Below, piece after piece: positions 9,152 to 21,058 of a DNA stretch of 64,000 nucleotides. Under the pieces are notes generated by a model. It did not search any database. It worked only from the letters and a program-made list of their open reading frames with translations, and was not told the origin of the DNA. The DNA is taken from the NCBI GenBank assembly GCA_023334545.1, contig JAADVB010000045.1, positions 32,173 through 96,172 of the forward strand, read 5' to 3'. The DNA comes from Salisapilia sapeloensis CBS 127946 (lineage: Eukaryota; Protista; Oomycota). Within the stretch, counting starts at the first letter, position 1, and each line of letters starts with the position of its first letter. The position numbers and the translations under genes are program-made.

Positions 9152-12100
9152 ATGCGACTGCACTACGCGCTGCTCGTATCGGCCATCGCGGTACACGCCG
9201 CGGATGCTGCCACGCAATGCGCTTTCAATCTACAGACAAAACTACTGTCGACGTTGCAGGACCCACCGACGGATGTCGTCGTCGAAGGAAGCAGTCAGAG
9301 TCTAGACGTCTTCGTCGGCTCCACATCCTTTGATGGCAGCGTTGGAGACTTGCTAGACCACTACGACGACGCCATTACCGCGTCTACATCTACCAGTGGA
9401 TCTGGCTTGCTCACCAACGACTCCTCTCTGGATGGAGTAGACCTACCGAATATCTCGACGCCAGTGCCCGTCGACGGGAGCTTGGACTTGCTACCAGGCG
9501 AATCAGGTTCCAAGGCCAAAGACAAGGGAAGTGGCAGCAGCACGTCTGCACCCACTACTCTCATCCCTGACTCTGGCAGCTCTGGCAGCTCTGCCAAGTC
9601 GGAAAAGGAAGATAAAGGCGGTAAATCAGACAGTGGCAGCACCAACTCCCCCGCGCCGACCACTACGGCGCCGAGTCCCAGCCCCGACAGCAAAGGCTCG
9701 CTGGACGCTGCCGTCCCATTAGACGATCTAACGAGACGACTGCAAGTAAACGCTGGCAGCTTGGCTGGCCTCGAGAACGTCGCCGGTGTCGATCGCGTCG
9801 GAAGCACCATCGGCTCTGCTTCTGTGAGCGCAGACGTGTTGTCATCTGGAGGTAGTGGCTCTACTTCGGATGGGAACATGGCCTGTGATGAAGGTTTCTA
9901 TGAGAAATGGAATACTCTCGGTATTAAGTGTCTCGGAGAAGACATCGACGTCGAGAAAGCAGTCGATGCAGCCGCTTGTGTAATCTACAGCGGTAACCTC
10001 GGCGTACTCTCCGGTCATTCCTGCGTCTCGATCTGTTCCTTCCCTGGTTGCACCAACGACGGATGGGACTATAGCGTTTCCAACGGCTTTGCTTCTCCCG
10101 TCTATCGTGACTATCAACTCTCGGACTTTATGTCCCCGGACATGACTGCTCGGATGTCGACGCAGAAGCAAGCGCCTACTATCATGTCCAACACGAGCAT
10201 GACGAGCTCTCAACAGTGTTCCTACGACGACGAAGACTCGTTCTCGTCGTGCGACTGCTCCAGTCTTCTCGTCTCTGGCACGGAAGAAGACGCGCAGAGA
10301 GATCGGATCAAGGACTGGGCACAAGGCATCATCCCAGACGACGACACGAGTCTCACAGGCAAGATCCTCGCGCCAGTGTCCAAGAGTCTCGCCGGTGCAG
10401 CCGTCGCCATGAGCGGTATCGCCGTCGTCGCAAGTTCCGTCGTGAGCTCTGCTTCTGCCGCTGCTGGAGCTGCAGGTGCAGGCGCTGGGTCCGTCGGTAT
10501 CTACACGATCGACATCTGTGGCTTTGGCGTCATGATCAATCAATTAGATCTCCAAGGTCGCTCAGCTGTCTTGACCAACTTTGGCGAGTCGCTTGCTCCT
10601 GCGACCTTTATCTTCATGCCGTTCGGTAAGATCCATGACGACGATAAGGACGAGGGTACGAGTGATGCGGATCGAACGACACGCCGACTTATGGACGGGA
10701 GTGAGACGCTACCAGACTCTGGTATCGCCAAGTACGCTCGTATCGCAGGCTTTCGAGAAGACATGCTTTTCGTCGTGACACTCGCAGGTGTCGTCGTGAT
10801 TATGGCAGGTATCCTCGCAGCTTTCTTCGTCGCCTACTTGATTGCTGGCTTCTTCATGTCAAGAGAAACGTTCATGGATAAGTTTTTTGATAAAATGGTT
10901 AGTCTACAAGTACTTGTAGCTATCCTCTCGCAGTACACGATCGGTGTCACGGGAACTTATCAAATCTATCACTCGATCGAATCCAAGGGAGAGGTAGATG
11001 CCAAGTGCATCTTGGCGTTCGCAGCTATCATCTTCCTTGCTCTTGGTATCATGGTCTTTGGTCTCGTGGTCATTAAACGCAATGAAGACAAGATCCAGGA
11101 CGTCGGGCAGCCTTCGCATATCAACAAGTGGATTTGCAAACGCTACGGACCGCTCTATGACGAGTACACGTACGACAATCGATTCTTCTTTGCTTCGAAG
11201 ATGCTCCTAGCTCTTGCGACTGGTGTCATCACAGGCTTTGTCGGCCTTAGCTCGACACTCCAAGTGTCGCTCTTACTCGGTTGCCAAGTCATCTTCTTCT
11301 TCTACCTCGAATACAGGTCTCCGCATCACTCCAAGTTCATCCAACGCGCCACGAGCTTTGTTAGTGTCATGAAGATCACCGTCCTTATCCTCACTTTCTT
11401 CCTCATCAGTGCTGCGACGGCGGATGGACTCCCGAGTGACGTCCAGAACGGTATCTCTTTAGCCATCGTCGGTCTTAACGTCTTCGTCCTCCTCCTCATG
11501 CTCCTACGCTCCGTCTACAACTTCTGGAACAAGTTCCAGATGCAGCGTAAGGGACAGGAGTATGAGAATGAGGCACAGAGCGCTCGAGATTACTTTAAGG
11601 ATGAAACGCCGCAGAAGGAGACTTCACAGACAAATCAAGGTTCCTCCTACTTTGATACATCGGAGCCGGCGCCGGAAGGAGAAGACATTCGTCTACGCTC
11701 CGGCACGCATCTTAATGACTCGAATAACTATGCCAACTACCAGCCACAGGCGAGCGGTGCTGGACAGACCGGGTCGTCTAGATACCTCGCGGATGATATT
11801 GGACAGCAAGGATATCGTCAGAATCCGTACGACGTCGAGACATCCATGGAAGACGACGTGATGAATCCGTACCAACGAGCTGATAGCAATGATGCTTTCC
11901 GTCCGAATAACGCGACGCAGCCGCTGAATCCGTACAACTCGAGTCAGTCGATGGATACGTACCAGCCGAGTCGACCGATGAAACCGAAGGACTTGAGCCA
12001 ATCCACGAGTGGCTACGAGTCTTCTCGACCGAATCCGTACACTGCACATGGATCAATGGATACCAGTCAAGGGTATCAGCAGACGGAAAGATATGGTGCT

Positions 12101-12202
12101 CCACCGGCACCGACAGAAACGCACATGCCACCGAACAATCGTCAGGCACGTGACAGTGTGAACGAGTACAACCAGCGTCGAGATGACGTGATTGAGCTTT
12201 AA
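9152..12202 (+). CDS. Secreted-ectodomain multi-pass membrane protein, TRP/PKD2(FLC)-like
   Basis: Signal peptide, Ser/Thr/Gly-rich stalk, Cys-rich domain, about 8-9 hydrophobic helices, the motif YGPLYDEY..RFFF typical of fungal FLC/TRP-like domains, and a Q/N/Y-rich tail. Confidence 0.7.
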   Translation: MRLHYALLVSAIAVHAADAATQCAFNLQTKLLSTLQDPPTDVVVEGSSQSLDVFVGSTSFDGSVGDLLDHYDDAITASTSTSGSGLLTNDSSLDGVDLPNISTPVPVDGSLDLLPGESGSKAKDKGSGSSTSAPTTLIPDSGSSGSSAKSEKEDKGGKSDSGSTNSPAPTTTAPSPSPDSKGSLDAAVPLDDLTRRLQVNAGSLAGLENVAGVDRVGSTIGSASVSADVLSSGGSGSTSDGNMACDEGFYEKWNTLGIKCLGEDIDVEKAVDAAACVIYSGNLGVLSGHSCVSICSFPGCTNDGWDYSVSNGFASPVYRDYQLSDFMSPDMTARMSTQKQAPTIMSNTSMTSSQQCSYDDEDSFSSCDCSSLLVSGTEEDAQRDRIKDWAQGIIPDDDTSLTGKILAPVSKSLAGAAVAMSGIAVVASSVVSSASAAAGAAGAGAGSVGIYTIDICGFGVMINQLDLQGRSAVLTNFGESLAPATFIFMPFGKIHDDDKDEGTSDADRTTRRLMDGSETLPDSGIAKYARIAGFREDMLFVVTLAGVVVIMAGILAAFFVAYLIAGFFMSRETFMDKFFDKMVSLQVLVAILSQYTIGVTGTYQIYHSIESKGEVDAKCILAFAAIIFLALGIMVFGLVVIKRNEDKIQDVGQPSHINKWICKRYGPLYDEYTYDNRFFFASKMLLALATGVITGFVGLSSTLQVSLLLGCQVIFFFYLEYRSPHHSKFIQRATSFVSVMKITVLILTFFLISAATADGLPSDVQNGISLAIVGLNVFVLLLMLLRSVYNFWNKFQMQRKGQEYENEAQSARDYFKDETPQKETSQTNQGSSYFDTSEPAPEGEDIRLRSGTHLNDSNNYANYQPQASGAGQTGSSRYLADDIGQQGYRQNPYDVETSMEDDVMNPYQRADSNDAFRPNNATQPLNPYNSSQSMDTYQPSRPMKPKDLSQSTSGYESSRPNPYTAHGSMDTSQGYQQTERYGAPPAPTETHMPPNNRQARDSVNEYNQRRDDVIEL
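11819..12063 (+). repeat. Four degenerate NPY repeats (two followed by SMDT) in the cytoplasmic tail
   Basis: QNPYDVET, MNPYQRAD, LNPYNSSQSMDT, PNPYTAHGSMDT; the DNA core aatccgtac recurs four times. Confidence 0.75.
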
Positions 12203-12247
12203 GCTTTTTCGACACTGCCATCGACCGAGGTGGATTTCTTTGACAAT

Positions 12248-12709
12248 TTATTTTCTTTTGCTTTCGGAACTAGACCTTCGGGCTAGTGCATTTGAACATA
12301 CTAGTGGATCTTTTGTAAGCAATATACCACTTACTATTGGAAGCTCTTTGTTTGTATTTGATATCCTCTTGGAGATGAGCAAGTAGCTGCTCGATGCAGC
12401 TTGATAGAGAATTTGGATAAGAATCTGATTCTGATGATCAAGTCCTTGTAGAAGTGCAGATGCAATGGAATAGTGATGGAAGGAAGCTTCCAACCACGAA
12501 AGTGGATGTCTCTAGACAGCAATACGAGGTACGTGTATCCACGAAAGGCAGTCGAAGAATCCATGCAAGATCCATCGGCAGATGTGGAGGAAGGCTGCAT
12601 ACTTTACCCCAATAAAACTATTGTACCAACGACGTAAATGGTACCATTGGGAGTGTACCACCCGGATAATCAGACGAAAATCCATTTGATCGAGCTCGAT
12701 CCAAGTCAT
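12248..12709 (-). CDS. Possible small spliced gene, unknown function
   Basis: ATG at 12709; plausible introns join MTWIELDQMDF.. to LPPHLPMDLAWILRLPF and possibly to the 12248..12493 frame. Several alternative models fit. Confidence 0.3.
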
Positions 12710-12738
12710 TCGATCGAGTCGCTACGTACGTCTAGACG

Positions 12739-13275
12739 ATGGCGACGTCCGAGTTGACTCAAGGACTACTCGACTTGCAAGAACGACCGGATGACATCGG
12801 ACGCCAAGTGACAAAACTGTATGCGTTAGACGAAGAACTACAAGCCGCCCATCAGAAAGCCAAACAAGACGATGAGCATGGCGAACAGGTCGTCGCACTG
12901 TACAGCGACTTTTTAACCGAGCGACAGAAACTCATCGATTTACTCCAAGCCGAAGGTATCGCTGTGCCATGGCAATTACGCATGCGTGTCGATGTCTTGG
13001 AGCGAACTGTACGCTACTTTATTCCTACCATCCTCATGTATGTGAAGCTCATTCCTACGTAGATCCGAGAGAGAAAGAAAGCTGGGGAGCCGATTAAGCA
13101 AGTGCAAAAGCAACCGACAAAAGCTTCTCTGGAAGAAGAAGACAGGGCAGCGTTAGGACCTGTGTCGAGAAAAGAGCGCGTGGTCGTCACAAGTCTCATC
13201 AGTGCCATCGTCGTCGCCATTCTCGCCGTCCTCTACGTCATGTACTTTGGCTATACTCCTCCTTCCAACACATAA
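12739..13275 (+). CDS. Helical/coiled-coil protein with a C-terminal tail anchor, 2 exons (intron 13009-13062)
   Basis: A 54 nt GT..TAG intron joins the ORF to IRERKKAG...VVVTSLISAIVVAILAVLYVMYFGYTPPSNT*. Confidence 0.65.
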
Positions 13276-13321
13276 CTCGAAAAAAGCGAAAAAAAGAAAT
13301 GTTTAGTCATGAAAAAAGCAT

Positions 13322-14524
13322 CTACTCGATCTGGAAGTAGTACGTCGTTGGTTTCTCCGCCATCATGCCCTCATCTTCACTCTCGTCATTACGCTTAAGC
13401 TGCAGATCGAAACGTACTTTCAACAACCTCTGGTTATCCTCACGTCTCGCAAGCGACATGTTGCCTTGGAAGACGTCGCCTTCGCACACTTGGACGCACG
13501 GATAGATAGGGAACGCCTGCTGCCCCCAGTGCGTCGGCTGGACGAATGGAGATGTCGTCAGCGTAATCTCATGGGACGCAGGACGATCTTCCGAGCCCTT
13601 GAAGTCGACATCAAACCATCCAGCAATACCTCCGAGCCGAGAGGTCGCGACGATCTGGAATTGGAAGTCGCTCTTGACCGTCATGACATCCTCCAGCGTG
13701 CACGTCTTCAAGTCCCATCGCGCGACTTCCACTTCATCTCCGAGTAAATCACTCGTACTCAGCTCCACCCAGGAGGATGTTCTTAGCGAGTATTGATCCT
13801 GCTCTTTACGGAATGCATTCGTCAGACAGCTCATGTCGACACCCCACGACCGTTGCGTCGACTCGACAAACGTACGCCAACTGTCCATGGCGTTGGCAAA
13901 TTCTGCATAGCGCTTCGTGCTGTCTCCTTCTAGGCACGCAGGAGCAACGTACATGGACGCGTGGGACGGGAAGAGCGCGCCATCGGTCTTGAGGTACTTG
14001 TCTCGAGCCACGAGGACCGAGTCGAGCATCGATTCACGCAGGAGGAAGTAGCCCATCCACTCGGAGATGATCGTATCCACTTGCTCCGGCAAGTCCACAT
14101 CCTCCACCTTACTCTGGATGACCGTCACAATATCCTCCACGTTGTTCGCCTTGACCAACTTGCGAGCTTGTTGCGCAATATCCGTCGCCTACGTCCCTTG
14201 TTATTAATATATACATGATAATCATCAATAATAAAGGAGAGCTACCTCGACAGCGTAAACCTTCTTCGCACCAGCCTGTGCAGCCCAGATCGCTAGGATA
14301 CCGCTGCCAGTACCTACGTCGAGGACGACCTTGTCTTTAAAGTGTCCGACGGCGTTATCAAAGATCGCGTCGTGGTAGTTTTGCATGCGCAAGTCATCAC
14401 TGAGCATCTGCTTCTGATGGTAGATGTAGCCATAGGTAATAAAGTAGTTGGCAAAGTCCGAGCTACTCTCGAACGCTTTCTTTTGCTCCGGCGCGGCGTC
14501 CATCTTTGATCCACTAGTGTCCAT
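13322..14524 (-). CDS. Type I protein arginine methyltransferase, PRMT10-like, 2 exons (intron 14189-14245)
   Basis: YHQKQMLSD..RM, VLDVGTGSGILAIW, VYAVEAT, IISEWMGYFLLRESM (double-E loop), PTHWGQQ (THW loop). Confidence 0.92.
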
Positions 14525-14615
14525 CTTGGGGTGTCTCGAGACCGAAATGACTGGTGCTGAGTATTGCGCATGTGAAACGTCGTACACCAAGATACGTCAT
14601 CACACGCATTTCATC

Positions 14616-15537
14616 ATGTTCCGTCGATTCCTCCATTCCGGTCGAACGCCCGTGCGTCCTGGCAAAGTCAGTCCACGACGATCGGTGCCGTCACATATCC
14701 AGCATCCACACTATGCTCAGAATGGAGGCATGTCTCGCCCTCCACCGTTCATACCGCTACTAGACAAGGACGGACAGCAGCGTCTCACAGCCGCGTGTGC
14801 CGTCGCGAAAGAGATCCTGACATTCGCAGGCACACAGATCGAGGTTGGACGTCCGACGGATGACATTGACGCCGTCGTGCATGACGAGATCATCCGACGA
14901 GGAGCATACCCTTCGCCACTCAACTACGGCGGGTTCTCCAAGTCCCTCTGCTCGTCCGTGAACGAAGTGGTCGTTCACGGCATCCCCGATAGCCGTCCAC
15001 TTGAAGACGGAGACATTGTCAACATCGACATCTCCGTCTTCTACGACGGCTATCACGGCGACACGTCCGCTACCTTTATGGTCGGTGACGTGGACGACCG
15101 TGGCCAGGCGCTCATCCACCTCACGAACGAAGCTTTACATGCCGCCATCACCGAATGCTGCTATCCTCGCAGTGACTTCACCTCCATCGGTGCGTTATGT
15201 GAGAAACTAGCTACTCGCCATGGCTTTAGCGTCGTGAGGGAGTACACTGGCCATGGCATCGGCCAGGAGTTCCATACCCTTCCGTACGTCCTCCACCACC
15301 GGAACAATGAGCGACAGGAGATGCTCCCAGGCATGGCTTTCACCGTCGAGCCTGCGATTTGTGAAGGAAGCGCAGAGGTATGTCCATAATTAGTGAAGAA
15401 GAGGTAGAAACTAAATGTCCATCTAGATTGAGCATTGGGATGACAACTGGACGGTCGTGACGAAAGACGGAGGACGGAGTGCACAGGCAGAACATACTGT
15501 TCTCATCACAGACGATGGTGTCCAAGTCTTGACCTGA
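14616..15537 (+). CDS. Methionine aminopeptidase type I, probably mitochondrial, 2 exons (intron 15378-15426)
   Basis: Presequence MFRRFLHS; motifs [48 protein letters not shown]. Confidence 0.93.
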
Positions 15538-15572
15538 TGAATACAATCTTGTCTTTGTTTTCCTTTCTTTTT

Positions 15573-16861
15573 CTATCGAAACGCTGGGATCTGTAGCTTG
15601 GTATCCAACGGCAAGAGCTCATCGTCACTCGGATGCTGCGTCTGATTCGCAGCAATACTCAACCACGCGAGACTATAGTACGAATGCATCACATCCGGCA
15701 CCGTGTCGGGGTACTTGCAGAAACCTCCATAAGTAAATTGGCACGACAGGACAAAGTCTCGACAGCTTCCGACGTCTACAAGATGATGCTTCCCCATCAA
15801 ATCCAACGTCGCGCCGTCCCAGAATGCATAGCACGAGTCGGGGTCTTTGTTGCAACGACCTTGGAAGCCGTCATGCTGTCGATAGAGCAGCCATCGAACG
15901 AGGTCGGAGGGATCGCATTGGAGCTGGAGCATCCGTCCGGATAGAGCGAGGGATCCTATGGCACAGAAGATAGCTCCACCTTGTGATTCAGCTCCAGGCG
16001 AGATGCCAATACCTCCGTCAAAGCTCTAGTCGATCGTTAATTACTTGTTCTTGGGGGATGTAAGGGAGAATGTACCAAGCACGAGTTGATGTACTCCACA
16101 ACGCCTGCGCCATCGACTCCGGACCAGTCGTTTAAGAGGTGGGAGATGGCACAGGCGCAGTAGACAAAGCGCATGTCTTGTTCCGAGCCGTATCGGACGG
16201 AGCAAAAGCTAGTATCGTCTTTAGTAGACCTCTTAGACGCTCTTGATATACATAGCTACCTTCCTGTGTCTGGATTCTGAAGCTGACGTAAGGAACGGAT
16301 GATAGCTGGTTTATTCACACGACCCAAGTCGTCTCCGAGTGTCTTGAGGATGCACAGCGCAGAGTACGTCGCGGCAATGTTGCTCGTATCAAATACCTGA
16401 CTTTCATATTGATCCTACAAACTTCTATGAGTTGCTATATTGGTAAAGATAATGTAATATAGCTTACGTGTGGAAGATGGAACTTGGTACCCATCCACGT
16501 CCCGCCTCGAAAGCCACAATCGCCGTCATTCACAGCTACATCCCATGTCGTTAGAGCGTACGAGGATACTACGCAAGTAACATACATTTGTCGTTGCAAT
16601 CTGGAGGGATCTGGAGAGCATAGACCCAGTCGATGACCTGCTTCTTATCCACGCGATCCAACTCGCCCAAGATCGCAAGGCCATGGACACAGAAGAATGC
16701 CTATTGAGCAGATTTTTACGTCGTATGATGCATCTTTCTATTAGATGACATAAAAGACGTACGAGTACGACTCGATTGACATCTTGGGATGCGTATGGTT
16801 CTGGTAGCGACTGGAGGTTGTGCAGAAAGTAGCGCGTATGGAGCTCTCGCTCCAACTTCAT
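15573..16861 (-). CDS. PGGT1B: Geranylgeranyl transferase type I beta subunit, multi-exon
   Basis: LHTRYFLHNLQSLP..RVVLAFFCVHGLAILGEL..IDWVYALQ; GFQGRCNKDPDSCYAFW; GGFCKYPDTVPDVMHSYYSLAWLS. Confidence 0.88.
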
Positions 16862-17007
16862 CTTTTGTGGGAAATGGGGTACTAGGACCGTATACAAAGC
16901 GCTAGTCAAATGCATGTCCTTGAAGTTACTAGAAGAGCAGTTGGGTTGCTTTCTGATAGTCTCTTGCGAGGGTATCGATTAAGTATTTAAGCGTAAACGT
17001 CGGTCGA

Positions 17008-17756
17008 CTATGCAATTCGAATGTGAGTAGATGCTTCTTTTACGAGGTCTGGGCTAGAATGGATATGGAGTGCACAGAATTGTAGGCTAGTTGATTGCTC
17101 TTCCTCGAGCAATTCGATGAGAATGACTCTGTAGCAATGGATGCGGTGTTGAGCCTTATGTTGGGCTGAAAAGCAAATATGCTTGTGATCCTACAGTCAG
17201 CCAAGTGCATATATTGACTATACTTTGCCATACATGTGTCTCTACTTTGAGAAGCTATGGAAGTGTACGAATGGAATGACGATGTGTAGCTAGAGTCAGC
17301 ATGTATCATGACTTTCGCAGCATTGTTATAAGAATGGAAGCACATGACAGTATACTGTGGTCACTTCGTATCCCTTGGACTAACTGCATACTTTACCCTC
17401 AAGCGATGAAGGTGTCTTCTTTGGAGTATGCCTAAACCTTGCTCATTCTTACCTGTCCTAAGGACGCCAATGGTTCAAATTGATAAAGACCGATTGCTTT
17501 CTCCAGCCACGCTACGCACAATATGCAAATACATTCGCTTCGTACAGCCAAAGTAGTCAAGGGAAGGTAGTAACTTCGGATCCAGATTGACACTCTTTTG
17601 CATGCAAATCTTAGGATGAAGCTACATGCTGCTAAACTAATATTATCTGCCACCACCTTCTTTGATATTAATCGCTCGCTACCATCTTCAAAGCTATCTA
17701 ACGCCAAAGACGGACCTCCATTCCCCGACTACTGCATCCGACGCTTCAAGATCCAT
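17008..17756 (-). other. Possible spliced gene or decayed gene, unresolved
   Basis: Protein-like fragments (SERLISKKVVADNISLAACSF, VAWLEKAIGLYQFEPLASLGQ followed by GTAAG, RVILIELLEEEQ) but no consistent model. Confidence 0.2.
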
Positions 17757-18056
17757 CTCCCTCCAACACCTCAAAACTTTTCTCCACTTCATCTACCTCC
17801 TTTTATGCAGCATTATCCTCCACCCTACTTATCTGGCTTCCAGTCCCTCCGTCCACCTCCAAACTTCCACAGACACTCGAACGCCATGTACACCAGTCGC
17901 GTCCTCTCGAAGTCACTTTGATTGGCCAATATTCCAGTTCAGACACCATCGATCTTTACCAACACCAAGGCCTTTTTTCACTTGATTAAAGTATGTTGGT
18001 ACAAATTCCTAGTCGACCCAAATCCAAAAACTCGGAGAAGAGAGGAATAGATCGAT

Positions 18057-20933
18057 ATGAAGGACGAGTCGGCGCCACTGGAGGTGCCCAAGACGGACGA
18101 ACAGGAGAAGAAGGAGAATGAAGACATGGAGCCTGCATCTGCTGCGGGGGTCGTCCCAGCGAATGAAGATGAACCGGAAGAATTGGTACGTTAGTAGGAT
18201 ATTTTCTTCCAAAGGAATTGAAATCCTCATCCTGCATCTATATTATCTAGTCGGAGGAAGACCAGAAACTCAAGGAAGACTTGGAGACTTCTGTCCAACG
18301 ACTTATTAGTGACAGCGAAGATGAGGGCGTCAAGAAACTTGCGCTCGAAATGCTTCGTCGTGAAATCCGGACAGCCACGTCGTCCATGACGTCCGTCCCG
18401 AAGCCACTCAAATTCCTACGACCGTGGTATGATAAGCTCACAGCTACTTTCCAGGTACCATCTACTCCATCAAACCACTCGAATCTTCCTAAAGTATACT
18501 TGATACGCCCATAGAACTGTCAGAACAGTCAGATCAAGGCCGAATTAGCCGACATTCTGGCTGTCTTGGCCATGACCATGGCCAAGGAAGAGTCTCGTGC
18601 CAGTCTCGGATTCAAGCTGCAGGGTCATCGGACGGAACTTGGCGCGTGGGGCCACGAATTCGTCCGTTCGCTCGCTGGTGAAGTCGGCGAAGAATATAAT
18701 GCTCGTTTTACGTCCGAGACGATCGATCCGGATGTGTCGGACCTCATGGAGCTCGTGGACGCCATCGTGCCATTCCACATGCAGCACAACGCCGAGCCGG
18801 AAGCCATTGACATTCTGATCGAAGTGCAGCAGCTCCATAAACTCCTCTCGTCACCGCATATTGACGATAAAAACTACCAACGCCTATGTCTCTACTTGCT
18901 CGCGTGTGCTGACTACATGTCCGACACGGAGGATCTCGTCAACGTACTCGATACTGCGTACGCGATTTTCCTACAAGTGCATCAGTACCCCGACGCTCTC
19001 CGCGTCGCCCTGCGTCTCAACAGCTCGGACAAGGTCACGGAAGTCTTCCAAAAGTGCCAGACACCAGCCATTCGTAACCAACTGGCCTTCATCCTCGCTC
19101 GCCAGCGCTTCTTCCATGAAGAAGACAATGACGACGACTTGAACGCCATCATCGGCAACGCGGATCTAAGCGACAAATTTCAGCTCCTCGCGAGAGAACT
19201 CGATGTCGTGGAAGCCAAGACACCTGAGGATATCTACAAGAGCCACTTGTCCGAGACCGGCAGCCTTGCGCGTAGTCGAGATGCTGGTCCTCCAGCCGAC
19301 TCTGCGCGTCATAACCTCGCGTCGACGTTTGTCAATGCGTTCGTGAACGCTGGATACAATGACGATAAGCTCATGACAGACGAGAGCTCGACGTGGTTGT
19401 ATAAGAACAAGAAGCATGGTATGATGAGTGCCGCGGCGTCGCTCGGGATGGTCATGATGTGGAACGTCGAGGAAGGCATCACGCAGATCGACAAGTACCT
19501 CTACTCTGGCGACGAGTACGTCAAGGCCGGTGCCATCCTCGGCGTCGGTGTCGTTAGCGCAGGCATCCGGAACGAGATCGATCCGGCCCTCGCACTCCTC
19601 TCCGAGCACATTGACTCGGGCAATTGCTCCATCCGATGCGCTTCTTGCCTCGGTCTCGGCATCGCATACGCTGGTTCGGCGAGAGAAGACGTGTCGGAGC
19701 TACTGCTGCCGGTGGCATCTCAGACGGACGAGAACGCGGACATCCAGGAGGTTTCGTACGCGGCCTTGGCACTAGGTATGGTCGAGGTCGGCACGTGTGA
19801 CGAAGAGGCCGGCAACGCCCTCATGCAACGACTGATGGACAGCACCGAGACGGAGCTCGACTCTGCGTGTGCCAAGTTCCTCGCGCTTGGTCTTGGCCTG
19901 CTCTACCTCGGTCGGCAGGAGCAAGCTGACGCGATGCTCGAGGCAGCTAAGACCATTGAGCACAAGATCGGACAGTACCTCACCTTGACGCTCGAGACGT
20001 GTGCGTACGCCGGCTCGGGCAACGTGCTCAAGATTCAGCAGCTCCTACGCACCTGTGCGGAACATATTGAAGACACGAACTCTGCGCGTCATCAAGGCGT
20101 CGCGGTGCTTGGTATCGCTCTCATTGCCATGGGCGAAAGCGTCGGGAGTGACATGGCCATGCGATCCTTTGACCATCTCCTGCAGTACGGAGAAGTAGGT
20201 GTCCGTGCAGCTGTGCCACTCGCCTTGTCGCTGCTGAGTGTCTCGAACCCAGAGTTTGCTCTCGTGGACACGCTCTCTCGTCTGACGCATGACGTCGAAG
20301 CGAGTGTGGCACAGAGTGCGATCCTGGCACTCGGACTGGCGTCGGCAGGGACGAACAACTCGCGTGTTGCAGGACTGTTGCGCCAGTTGTCCGAGTTTTA
20401 TGCTAGGGAAGCGGATCACTTGTTCATGGTGCGTATCGCCCAGGGATTGCTGCACATGGGCAAGGGACTCATGACGCTCCATCCATACCACTCGGACCGA
20501 CTGCTGCTATCTCCGGTGGCGTTGAGTGGTATCCTGACAGTCCTCCATGCTGGATTGGACTTGGAACATACGCTCTTGGATAGCTCCCACTATCTCTTGT
20601 ATACTCTGGCGACGGCCATGCAGCCTCGTATGCTCATCACGCTCGATGAAGAGCTCAACCCGCTGCCAGTATCCGTCCGCGTCGGCCAAGCGGTATTTCT
20701 TTTTCTTTATTCTTTTCCTTTTCTTAGATACTAAAGGTTGTCTGCAGGTGGATGTCGTCGGACAAGCAGGTCGACCTAAGACGATTACGGGTTTCCAGAC
20801 GCACACGACGCCTGTGCTCTTAAACGTCAAGGACCGCGCAGAGCTCGCGAGTGACGAATACTTGCCACTCTCGAATGTGCTTGAAGGGCTGGTCATTCTA
20901 AGGAAAAATCCTGACTTTGAGCCAGAAACTTAG
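18057..20933 (+). CDS. RPN1: 26S proteasome regulatory subunit RPN1/PSMD2, 4 exons
   Basis: [48 protein letters not shown] repeats, [31 protein letters not shown]. Confidence 0.97.
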
Positions 20934-21058
20934 GATGATCGGGATAAGTTGAATACAAGGTTCGGATTCGACCCCACTCGGCATTTGGTCTCGTCTATCT
21001 GTTTCGAACTCCTTTTATAACACTTTTCAAACAAAGATCGAAACGACGAACAGGACGA

